Assembly (NCBI GenBank): GCA_965248835.1
Contig: CBDFLJ010000001.1
Location: forward strand, 1,504,001-1,568,000
Origin: Alphaproteobacteria bacterium
GTDB taxonomy: Bacteria > Pseudomonadota > Alphaproteobacteria > MPNO01
Direction of reading: 5' to 3'
Length of the DNA: 64,000 nucleotides
Program-made: the position numbers and the translations under genes
Notes under the pieces: generated by a model
What the model saw: only the letters and a program-made list of their open reading frames with translations
Databases searched by the model: none
What the model was told of the DNA's origin: nothing
Part shown: positions 35,698-43,713 of the stretch, piece by piece
Layout of the letters: each line of letters begins with the position of its first letter
Position numbering within the stretch: position 1 is the first letter of the stretch

Positions 35698-36474
35698 ATG
35701 CGTGAACGGTCCTTGCCGAGACGGCTTGCGCTGCACATCCTAGGGGCGGTGGCGATCGCCGTGATCGTGGCGACCATCGGCCCGTTCGGTACCTTCACCC
35801 GGTTCGCGCCCGCAGACCGGTATCTCTACTGGATGATCATCATCCCGTTGAACTGGGCGCAGATCGTCCTTGCGGTGGTCGCGGTTTCGCGGCTTGCCTT
35901 CGCCGAACGCTGGCCAACGCTCGCCGTCGTGGCGGCGGGGTGCCTGGTTGCGTCGGTTCCGGCATCGTTCGAGGTGCTGTGGCTCGAGAGCTGGTTGGGA
36001 CAAAAGGAAAGCGGCGGACTGACCGTTTTCAAGGTCTGGCCCTATGTCGTTCTTCTGACCCTGGTGATCGCACTCCCGATCTTCAAGTTCAGCCCGGGCG
36101 CGATTCGGCTTCTGGGGCGCTGGCCCGGCGCGCGGCCGGGTGCCGGTGAGGCAGCGCCCAACTTCCTCAAACGCGTGCCGCAACAGATCAAGGGCACGCT
36201 CTTATGCGTCGCCGCGGAGGATCACTATCTCCGCGTCCATACCACCGCCGGCAGCGCCTTGATTCTCTACCGGATGGCTGATGCCTTGTCGGAGCTTGGC
36301 GACACCGACGGCCTTCGGGTCCATCGTTCCTTCTGGGTCGCGGCCGATGCCGTGGCCGGCGTCGAGCGCAGCGGGCGGCGCGTCTCGCTCAAACTGACCA
36401 ACGGACTCGTCGTTCCGGTGAGTCGCACTTTCCTGGCACGAGTGCGCGAGGCGGGTTGGCTCGCCAAGGCATGA
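35698..36474 (+). CDS. Membrane-anchored LytTR-family transcriptional regulator
   Basis: Four N-terminal hydrophobic segments. C-terminal AEDHYLRVHT, RVHRSFWV and VPVSR. Confidence 0.88.
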   Translation: MRERSLPRRLALHILGAVAIAVIVATIGPFGTFTRFAPADRYLYWMIIIPLNWAQIVLAVVAVSRLAFAERWPTLAVVAAGCLVASVPASFEVLWLESWLGQKESGGLTVFKVWPYVVLLTLVIALPIFKFSPGAIRLLGRWPGARPGAGEAAPNFLKRVPQQIKGTLLCVAAEDHYLRVHTTAGSALILYRMADALSELGDTDGLRVHRSFWVAADAVAGVERSGRRVSLKLTNGLVVPVSRTFLARVREAGWLAKA

Positions 36475-36484
36475 TTGCCGGCCT

Positions 36485-37039
36485 CTATGACCTCTCGGCG
36501 AATTGCGGGTAGAGGTTGCGGTATCCCAGCTTCTTCCGGTTCCGGGCGTTCGTCTCCGCGGCCTCGGGCGACATCGGGGTGAAGCCGTATCCCTGGACCA
36601 GGCGGCACATGAAGTTCATCCGCGCCGTCACCGCGATCGCATCGTGCAGCGCCTTCTCGTCCCAGCCGGCGGCGAAGGCCGCATCGGCATCTTCCTGGGT
36701 GACCTCGGTCGGGGCGAGCGTGAGTTTCCTCGCATAGGCCAGCAGCGGGCGGAACCGGTCCTCGACCGGCGCGCTTTCGAAATCGGCCAGCAGCTTGTCG
36801 ATCAGCCCCTCGGCGATCCCATGGGCGTGGGCCGCGGCGCGATGGGCGACAAAGGCGTAGCGGCAGTTCGCGGTGCCGACGACGAAGGCCGCGATCATCT
36901 CCCGCTCGCCCGGCGTAAGCGGCGAAGGGCCGTTCATCAGCGCCTGGCTGGTATCGGCCCAGGGCCCGTATATCTCCGGATAGGCCTGGAACACGTCGCC
37001 GGGCCCGGCCTCGGCGGGTAACGATTTGAAGAACGGCAT
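36485..37039 (-). CDS. AhpD/carboxymuconolactone decarboxylase-like protein
   Basis: SPLTPGEREMIAAFV, NCRYAFVAH, YARKLT and AAGWDE. Start at MPFFKS. Confidence 0.85.
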   Translation of the reverse strand: MPFFKSLPAEAGPGDVFQAYPEIYGPWADTSQALMNGPSPLTPGEREMIAAFVVGTANCRYAFVAHRAAAHAHGIAEGLIDKLLADFESAPVEDRFRPLLAYARKLTLAPTEVTQEDADAAFAAGWDEKALHDAIAVTARMNFMCRLVQGYGFTPMSPEAAETNARNRKKLGYRNLYPQFAERS

Positions 37040-37058
37040 GGTCGGGGGGTTCCTCGTT

Positions 37059-37772
37059 TCAGCGCGCATCGAAAGCGGTCTGCATTCCGGCGGTGACCGC
37101 GCGCGCGACCGCGGGCGGATCGTCGGCCCGGATGATCGGCCGGCCCATGATGATGTAATCGGCGCCGCCTTCGATCGCCGCTTCCGGCGTGCCGCCGCGC
37201 TTGTGGTCGTCCTGGCCGTGGCCGGCCGGGCGCACGCCGGGCGTGCCGAGCAGCAGCGCCCCGGCGGGCGCGATCGAGCGGATGCGCGGGGCGTCCTGCG
37301 GTGCGGCGATCAGCCCGTCGCAGCCGTATTCGACCGCCTTTTTCACCCGGATATCGACCAGCGCCTCGACCGGACACAGATAGCCCATCTCGCGCGCGTC
37401 CTCGTCGTCGAGGTTGGTGAGCACTGAAATGGCAAAGATCTTGAGCGCCGAGCCCCGCTTGCCCTCGACCGCGGCCCGCAGGATGTCACGGTTGCCGTGG
37501 ACGGTCACCAGGCTCGCCCCGCGCCCGGCGGCGCGCTTGACGCCCTCGCGCACGGTCTCGCCGATGTCGTACATCTTGCAGTCGAGGAAAACCTCCTTGC
37601 CGGCGCCGATCAGCCGGTCGATCAGCCGGTCGATGCCGGACGCGTGCAGCAGCCACAGCCCGACCTTGTAGAAGGCGACCTCATCGCCCAGCCGGTCGAT
37701 CAGCCGGTTCGCCTCCCCGACCGTGGGCACGTCGAGCGCAACGATCAGCCGCGATCTCGCGTCGATGCCCAT
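37059..37772 (-). CDS. pyrF: Orotidine-5'-phosphate decarboxylase
   Basis: RLIVALD, YKVG, FLDCKMYDIGETV (DxKxxD), TVHG, TPGVRP, DDHKR and MGRPI. Confidence 0.92.
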   Translation of the reverse strand: MGIDARSRLIVALDVPTVGEANRLIDRLGDEVAFYKVGLWLLHASGIDRLIDRLIGAGKEVFLDCKMYDIGETVREGVKRAAGRGASLVTVHGNRDILRAAVEGKRGSALKIFAISVLTNLDDEDAREMGYLCPVEALVDIRVKKAVEYGCDGLIAAPQDAPRIRSIAPAGALLLGTPGVRPAGHGQDDHKRGGTPEAAIEGGADYIIMGRPIIRADDPPAVARAVTAGMQTAFDAR

Positions 37773-38188
37773 CAGCGCCCGCCGGTCAGGGCGAGCTTGG
37801 CGCGCTTGGCCTGGAGCCGGTCCGCCTGGCGGCCGCGGTCGATCACGAAACGGGTGTGGCGGGCCCTGCCGACCAGCTCGATCGGGTCGTGCACCTCGAC
37901 ATCGAGGACGATCTTTCGCCGGTCGACCTCGATGATCTCGGCCTTGATGTCGACCCAGGAGCCCGACAGCGAGGCGCCCAGATGGTCGAGCTCGACCCGC
38001 GCGCCGACCGTCTCCTCTTGCTCCTCGAGATGCTGCTTGATCATCTCCAGGCAGGCGATCTCGATATCGCGCAGCAGCATCGGCGTGGCGTAGACCCGCA
38101 ATGCCTCGCCCATGAACCCGATCGTCTTGTCGTCGTCGATGTCGAAGCGGCGGGTCGTGCCCAGCCCCGGCTTGAGCGTGTCCTTCAT
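37772..38188 (-). CDS. Hot-dog-fold thioesterase (FlK-like)
   Basis: VYATP, E, ETVG..VELDHL and GRARHTRFVID. Confidence 0.85.
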   Translation of the reverse strand: MKDTLKPGLGTTRRFDIDDDKTIGFMGEALRVYATPMLLRDIEIACLEMIKQHLEEQEETVGARVELDHLGASLSGSWVDIKAEIIEVDRRKIVLDVEVHDPIELVGRARHTRFVIDRGRQADRLQAKRAKLALTGGR

Positions 38189-39747
38189 CCATTTTCCTTC
38201 GGTGCCGCCGCGCCGCCGTAGATACGGCGCAGCTCGGTCTTGAGGATCTTGCCCATCGCCGATTTGGGCATCTGGTCGACGAATGCCATGCGGCGGGGGA
38301 TCTTGTAACCGCCGATGCGCTCACGGCAATGGGCGATGATCTCGTCCTGGGACATATGCGCGCCCGGCGCCGGCACGATGACCGCGAACAGCGCCTCGCC
38401 GTAGGTCTCGTCGGGGACCCCGACCACCGCGGCTTCGTTGACCCCGGGGTGCTGGTAGAGCGCGGCCTCGACCTCGGAGGTGTAGACGTTTTCCCCGCCG
38501 GTGATCACCATGTCCTTCTTGCGGTCGAGCAGGTACATGAACCCCTCTTCGTCCATCCGCCCGATGTCGCCGGTATGGAACCAGCCGCCGCGAAAGGCTT
38601 CCTCGGTTTCGGCCGGCCGGTTGAGATAGCCCTTGGTCACGTTCGGGCCGCGCACCACCACCTCGCCCGCCGCGCCCGGCGGAACCGGCCGGCCCTCGGC
38701 ATCGACGATCCGCATGTCGACGCCGGTGACCGGCCGTCCGGCGGCCTTGAGGCGTTCGAGATTGCCGGACGCGATGGCCCGGCGGTGCTCGTCCGCATCC
38801 AGCGTGGTCAGGATCGGCGATGTCTCGGTCAGCCCGTAGCCCTGCTGCAGCTCGGCGTTGGGAAAGTTCTCCATCGCCCGGCGGATCCATTCGACCGCCA
38901 TCGGCGAGGAGCCGTAGAAGATGCGGCGCAACGCCGTCAGGTCGAAGCTGTCGAAGGCGGGGTCCTGCAGCATCAGGATCAACATCGTCGGCGCCGTGAA
39001 GGCGAAGCTGACGCGGTGGCGCTGCATCGCGCCCAGCATGGCCTCGGGCGTGAACTGCGGCAGGTAGACGTGGGCCGCCCCCAGGAGCGTGAACCCGGTG
39101 CCCAACAGGTCGGCGGAATGGAACATCGGGGCGGCGTGGATAAAGACGTCATCGCCCCGCATGCCGAGCGCGATCGCGCATTGCTGGCCGTTGGCATAGA
39201 CGTTGCGGTGGCTCAGCCGGACTCCCTTGCTGCGCCCGGTCGTCCCGCCGGTATAGAGCAGGATCGCATCGTCGTCCTCGCCGCTGGGATAGGGATCGGC
39301 CGGACTCGCGTCCGCCAGCAGTGTCTCGTAGTGCGGCCGGCCGCCGTCGGCCGGCGCCGCGCCGACGGTGAGGATGCGCTCCTGCCAGGGCGCGAGCTCG
39401 GGCGCGGCGGCAAGGTCGGTCAGCGCCTCGTCGACGATCAGCAGGCCGCTGGAGGAATCGTCCAGGATGTGGCGGATCTCCGGGCCGGCGAGCCGGAAGT
39501 TGATCGGCACCGGAATCGCCCCCATCCAGTAGCCGGCATGGATCAACTCGGCGTGGCGGAAGGTGTTGCGCGACAAGATGGCGTAGCGCTCGCCCGGCCT
39601 CACCCCGAGCCCGGCGAGCGCACCGGCCGCGCGCATCGCCCGGTCGGTGAATTGGCTCCAGGTGAGCGTCCCCTGGTCGTCGAGGATCGCCGGCCGGGCG
39701 CCATAGAGCCTGCGCGCCCGCTCGATCGCCGAGACCATCGTCAGCAT
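38185..39747 (-). CDS. AMP-dependent acyl-CoA ligase
   Basis: YTGGTTGRSKG, GYGLTE, WFHTGD, DRKKDMVITGGEN and GKILK. Confidence 0.92.
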   Translation of the reverse strand: MLTMVSAIERARRLYGARPAILDDQGTLTWSQFTDRAMRAAGALAGLGVRPGERYAILSRNTFRHAELIHAGYWMGAIPVPINFRLAGPEIRHILDDSSSGLLIVDEALTDLAAAPELAPWQERILTVGAAPADGGRPHYETLLADASPADPYPSGEDDDAILLYTGGTTGRSKGVRLSHRNVYANGQQCAIALGMRGDDVFIHAAPMFHSADLLGTGFTLLGAAHVYLPQFTPEAMLGAMQRHRVSFAFTAPTMLILMLQDPAFDSFDLTALRRIFYGSSPMAVEWIRRAMENFPNAELQQGYGLTETSPILTTLDADEHRRAIASGNLERLKAAGRPVTGVDMRIVDAEGRPVPPGAAGEVVVRGPNVTKGYLNRPAETEEAFRGGWFHTGDIGRMDEEGFMYLLDRKKDMVITGGENVYTSEVEAALYQHPGVNEAAVVGVPDETYGEALFAVIVPAPGAHMSQDEIIAHCRERIGGYKIPRRMAFVDQMPKSAMGKILKTELRRIYGGAAAPKENG

Positions 39748-39882
39748 TGCCGCCGTCCGTGCAGTATCACAGCCCGCGCCATGTTAATGGAGAATGTGCG
39801 CCGGCGTCATCGCCGCGATCGAGTTGCATGGACCCCGGACCGTTCCTAGGATGCCGGCGAAGCCGTTGGAAAAGGGTGAGAC

Positions 39883-40341
39883 GTGAAGATCGAGGATACC
39901 TTCATCGTCGATGCGCCGGTCGACCGCGTCTGGCAGATGATCACCGACCCGGAAATCGTCGGCCCGTGCATCCCCGGTTGCCAAAGGATCGAGACGACCG
40001 GGCCCGACACCTACAAGGCCGACATCAAGGTCGCGGTCGGGCCGATCAAGACGACGTTCTCGGTCACGGTCGAGAAGACCGAGGAACGGCCGCCGCATTT
40101 CGCGGCCTCGACCACCAGGGGCGAGGAGGGCGGCAAGGCGAGCACCTTGAACGCAACCAGCACGCTGGACCTTTCCGAGGCCGAGGGCGGCGGCACCGCG
40201 GTCGCCTACGCCGCCGACGTCTCGGTGTTCGGGCGGCTGGGGAAATTCGGGCTCGGCATCATGAAAAAGAAGGCCCGCGATATCGGCCGCGAGTTCGCCG
40301 AGACTTTCCGCGGCAAGGTGGAGGGCGCCGCCGATGGCTGA
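39883..40341 (+). CDS. coxG: CoxG/SRPBCC family protein
   Basis: VW...DPE...CIPG, VGPIK and GRLGKFG. GTG start. Confidence 0.85.
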   Translation: MKIEDTFIVDAPVDRVWQMITDPEIVGPCIPGCQRIETTGPDTYKADIKVAVGPIKTTFSVTVEKTEERPPHFAASTTRGEEGGKASTLNATSTLDLSEAEGGGTAVAYAADVSVFGRLGKFGLGIMKKKARDIGREFAETFRGKVEGAADG

Positions 40342-40873
40342 GACCGACCCCGACGTGCCGGAATACGCCCGCCTGTTCATGGAGGGGCTCAAAGAGGCCG
40401 GCGTCGGCGTGGTCGCAGCGCTGCCCGAATCGCTGCTCAAGTCCGTCTTCCGCCTGTGCGCCGACGACAACGCGATCCGCTACGTCCAGGTGTCCAACGA
40501 GGCCGACATGCCGGGGATCTGCGCCGGCACCTACCTCGCCGGCGGCCGGGCGCTGATGATCATGGAGAACTCCGGCATCCGCCAGGCCTGCGAGCCGATC
40601 GCTCGGCTCGCCTTCCAGCACGCGATGCCGTTGGTGATGGTGATGAGCTACCGCGGCGATTGGGGCGAGCAGAACTGGTGGGGCCACAACCACGCCCAGA
40701 CCATGGCGCCGATCCTGGACTCGCTGCGCATCCCCTACCGCTTCGTGCGCGAGCTGGACGAGATCAAGCCGGCCATCAAGGGCGCCTTCAAGCACACCGA
40801 CGGAAGCAACTGGCCGGTGGCGCTGGTGTTCAGCGGCAACTGCGTGGAGCTTCCGGACTATGCAAAGGATTGA
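40334..40873 (+). CDS. TPP-dependent decarboxylase alpha subunit (ComD/phosphonopyruvate decarboxylase-like)
   Basis: LPESLL, SNEA...GICAG, MENSG and SYRGDWGE. Confidence 0.85.
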   Translation: MAETDPDVPEYARLFMEGLKEAGVGVVAALPESLLKSVFRLCADDNAIRYVQVSNEADMPGICAGTYLAGGRALMIMENSGIRQACEPIARLAFQHAMPLVMVMSYRGDWGEQNWWGHNHAQTMAPILDSLRIPYRFVRELDEIKPAIKGAFKHTDGSNWPVALVFSGNCVELPDYAKD

Positions 40874-41471
40874 CGTCTTGCGCGCCATCGCGCCGATGAT
40901 TACGCCCGAAGACCTGGTGACCACCTCGATCGGCGGGACGTGGGACGACTGGTGGAACCTCAAGCCCGCCGCGGACAACACCTTCTTCACCGGCGTGCTC
41001 GGCTCCGTCACCTCGACCGCGCTGGGGCTGGCGATCTCGCTGCCGCACCGCCGCATCATCGCTTTCGAGAGTGATGGCTCGATGCTGATGAACACCGGCA
41101 TCATGTGCACGCTGGGCGCGCAGCGTCCGGCCAACCTGACGGTGCTGGTCTTCGACAACGAGATCTACGAGAACATCGGCGGGCCGCCGACCTTGACGTC
41201 CGGGAACACCGACCTCGCCCGCATGGCCGAGGGCGCCGGCTGCCTGAACTGCGCGACCGAGACTGAGACCGGCGCGGTCTCCCGGCACTTTTCCCGACTG
41301 CTCGATGACGGCGAGATGGGCTTCCTGGTCGCCAAGATCGCGCCCGGCAAGCATCCCTGGGCGTGGCAGGACCGCAAGCCCACCGACGGGATCGAGGACA
41401 AGTACCGGTTCCTGCGCTATGTCGAAAAGCTCGAAGGGGTGGTCATCCATCCCGGCGCCCCGCAAAACTGA
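40860..41471 (+). CDS. TPP-dependent decarboxylase beta subunit (ComE-like)
   Basis: TPP motif SDGSMLMN...FDNEIY and DLARMAEGAG. Overlaps the alpha-subunit gene. Confidence 0.85.
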   Translation: MQRIDVLRAIAPMITPEDLVTTSIGGTWDDWWNLKPAADNTFFTGVLGSVTSTALGLAISLPHRRIIAFESDGSMLMNTGIMCTLGAQRPANLTVLVFDNEIYENIGGPPTLTSGNTDLARMAEGAGCLNCATETETGAVSRHFSRLLDDGEMGFLVAKIAPGKHPWAWQDRKPTDGIEDKYRFLRYVEKLEGVVIHPGAPQN

Positions 41472-41478
41472 TCCGCAC

Positions 41479-41778
41479 GTGGGAAGCGGCCTGGACGACG
41501 ACCGCAACATCCGGCTCGCCGGGCCATACCGGGCGCTGTGGCGCACCGCCCGCGCCGCCGGGAAGAAGGCGGTCGACCGGCCCCGACCCGAAGCAGACGG
41601 CCCGCCCGATCCGGTTCATTCGGCGCTGCGCCGCCAGGTCGAGGATCTGCTGGCCGATGCCGGCGCAAGCGATGCGGAGCGCCGCAGGATCCTCGACTCG
41701 ATCGCGTGCCCGTGCTGCGGCGGCACCGGGGCGAGCTTTACGATGACCATCCGGCCGGCGTCGAAGACCGGGTTCTGA
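41479..41778 (+). CDS. Small hypothetical protein with a C-terminal CPCCGG motif
   Basis: Fills the gap between the comE-like and Rieske genes. GTG start 7 bp after the upstream stop gives about 99 aa. Start uncertain. Confidence 0.55.
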   Translation: MGSGLDDDRNIRLAGPYRALWRTARAAGKKAVDRPRPEADGPPDPVHSALRRQVEDLLADAGASDAERRRILDSIACPCCGGTGASFTMTIRPASKTGF

Positions 41779-41853
41779 AGCCGCCGTGTTGTGCATCCAA
41801 TCCGACGCTGGTAGCGTCAACTTGAGAATCGTCTCGACCGGAAGGGTACGGGC

Positions 41854-42957
41854 ATGTTCCTGAAAAACTACTGGTATGTCGCGGCCGAACCCGGCGAGGT
41901 CGGCGACAAGCCGCTTGCGCGCCGTCTGCTGGGCGAGCCGGTGGTCATGTACCGCACCGCCGATGGCCGCGCGGTGGCGTTCGAGGACCGCTGCTGCCAC
42001 CGCCGGGCGCCGCTGTCGTTCGGGCGCGTGATCGGCAACAACCTGCGATGCGGCTATCACGGGCTGACCTACGGCCCCGATGGCAAGTGCGTGGCGATTC
42101 CGGGCCAGACCCAGCTTCCGCCGGGCGCCCGGGTCCGCACCTACCCGTTGGTCGAGCGCTGGAAGTGGCTGTGGATCTGGATGGGCGATCCCGAACTGGC
42201 CGACGATTCGGCGATCCCCAACCTCTATTGGCATGATGATCCGGCGTGGACGATGGTCAGCGGCTATCTGAGCATCGATGCCCATTACCAGCTCCTGGTC
42301 GACAATCTGCTCGACTTGACCCACGAGACGTTCCTGCACGCCTCGACCATCGGCAACGAGCACGTCGCCAATACACCGCTCGGCAAGGTCGATCGCAACA
42401 CCCTCGACGGGGTGAAGGGCACCGCCCTGGAGGCGGTCTCGCGCGATGTCCCGTCGGTGACCGTGACGCGGTGGATGTACGATATCGACCCGCCGCCGTT
42501 CTATGCCCGCTCCGGCGGGTTCGACAAGACCCGGGAAAACGTCGATCGCTGGCAGATCATCCGCTTCGAGCCGCCGTCTCATGTCTGGCTCGATGTCGGC
42601 GTCGCCCGCGCCGGGACCGGCGCGCCCGACGGCGACCGCAGCCAGGGGGTCACCCACACGGTGGTCGATTCGATCACCCCGGCAGACGAAGGCAAGACCC
42701 ATTATTTCTGGTCCTTCCCGCGCAACCATCAGCTCGACGACCAGGAGCTGTCGGCCTATTTCAAGGCCGGCGTCGACAGGACCTTCCTCGAGGACAAGGC
42801 CATGCTGGAGGGCCAGCAGGCGATCATCGATGCCGACCCCGACGCGCCGTTCATCGACATCAACGCCGATGCCGGCCCGGTCCTCGCCCGCAAGATCGTC
42901 GAGACCCTGTTGGTCGAGGAGGCGCGCGGCGGCGCCCGGGCCTCCCGCAGCGCATAA
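41854..42957 (+). CDS. Rieske oxygenase alpha subunit, VanA-like
   Basis: MFLKNYWYV, DRCCHR, CGYHG, DNLLDLTHETFLH, VDRWQIIRF and EDKAMLEGQQ. Confidence 0.9.
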   Translation: MFLKNYWYVAAEPGEVGDKPLARRLLGEPVVMYRTADGRAVAFEDRCCHRRAPLSFGRVIGNNLRCGYHGLTYGPDGKCVAIPGQTQLPPGARVRTYPLVERWKWLWIWMGDPELADDSAIPNLYWHDDPAWTMVSGYLSIDAHYQLLVDNLLDLTHETFLHASTIGNEHVANTPLGKVDRNTLDGVKGTALEAVSRDVPSVTVTRWMYDIDPPPFYARSGGFDKTRENVDRWQIIRFEPPSHVWLDVGVARAGTGAPDGDRSQGVTHTVVDSITPADEGKTHYFWSFPRNHQLDDQELSAYFKAGVDRTFLEDKAMLEGQQAIIDADPDAPFIDINADAGPVLARKIVETLLVEEARGGARASRSA

Positions 42958-42979
42958 TCTGCATTTCGGACAGGCCATA

Positions 42980-43708
42980 ATGACCCAGGACGTTGTCGCC
43001 GAGATCGCCCCGAGCGGAACCTTGCGGGCGGGCATCAACCTCGCCAACTTTCTCCTGGTCACCGGCAAGACCGCTTCCGGCGAGCCCGAGGGCGTCGGGC
43101 CGGATCTCGCGCGCGCAATCGCCGACCGACTGGGGGTGGGGGTCGCCTGCGTCCCCTATGATTCGCCCGGCGCGCTGGCTGATGCGGTCGACGATGACGT
43201 CTGGGATATCGTGCTGATCGGTGCCGAGCCGGCGCGCGCGCAGACCATCGCGTTCACCGCCGCCTATGTCGAGATCGAGGCCACCTATCTCGTGCCCGCC
43301 GGCTCGTCCTTGGGCTCGATTGCCGACGTCGACCGTCCCGGTATCCGGATCGCGGTCTCCGGCCGAAGCGCCTACGACCTCTATTTGTCGCGCAATTTGG
43401 AGCATGCCGAGCTGGTGCGCGCCGAGGGCATCGCCGCCTCGTTCGCGCTGTTCAAGGACGAGAAGCTCGACGCCTTGGCGGGCCTCAGGCCGGCGCTGGT
43501 GACCTCGGCCGAGGCGCTGCCCGGGTCAAGGATCCTCGACGGCCGGTTCACCGCCGTCCAGCAGGCGGTCGGCACCCGGCGGGCCAACGCGGCGAGTGCG
43601 GCCTTTCTGCGGGAATTCGTCGAGGAGGCGAAGGCGAGCGGGCTCGTCGCCGGTCTGATTGCCCGCCACGGCGTCACCGGCCGGCTGTCGGTCGCGCCGC
43701 CGGCATAG
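42980..43708 (+). CDS. Orphan family-3 solute-binding protein without signal peptide
   Basis: APSGTLRAGIN, EPARA, YVEIEATYLV and SAYDLYL. No permease gene nearby. Confidence 0.8.
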   Translation: MTQDVVAEIAPSGTLRAGINLANFLLVTGKTASGEPEGVGPDLARAIADRLGVGVACVPYDSPGALADAVDDDVWDIVLIGAEPARAQTIAFTAAYVEIEATYLVPAGSSLGSIADVDRPGIRIAVSGRSAYDLYLSRNLEHAELVRAEGIAASFALFKDEKLDALAGLRPALVTSAEALPGSRILDGRFTAVQQAVGTRRANAASAAFLREFVEEAKASGLVAGLIARHGVTGRLSVAPPA

Positions 43709-43713
43709 GCGGT

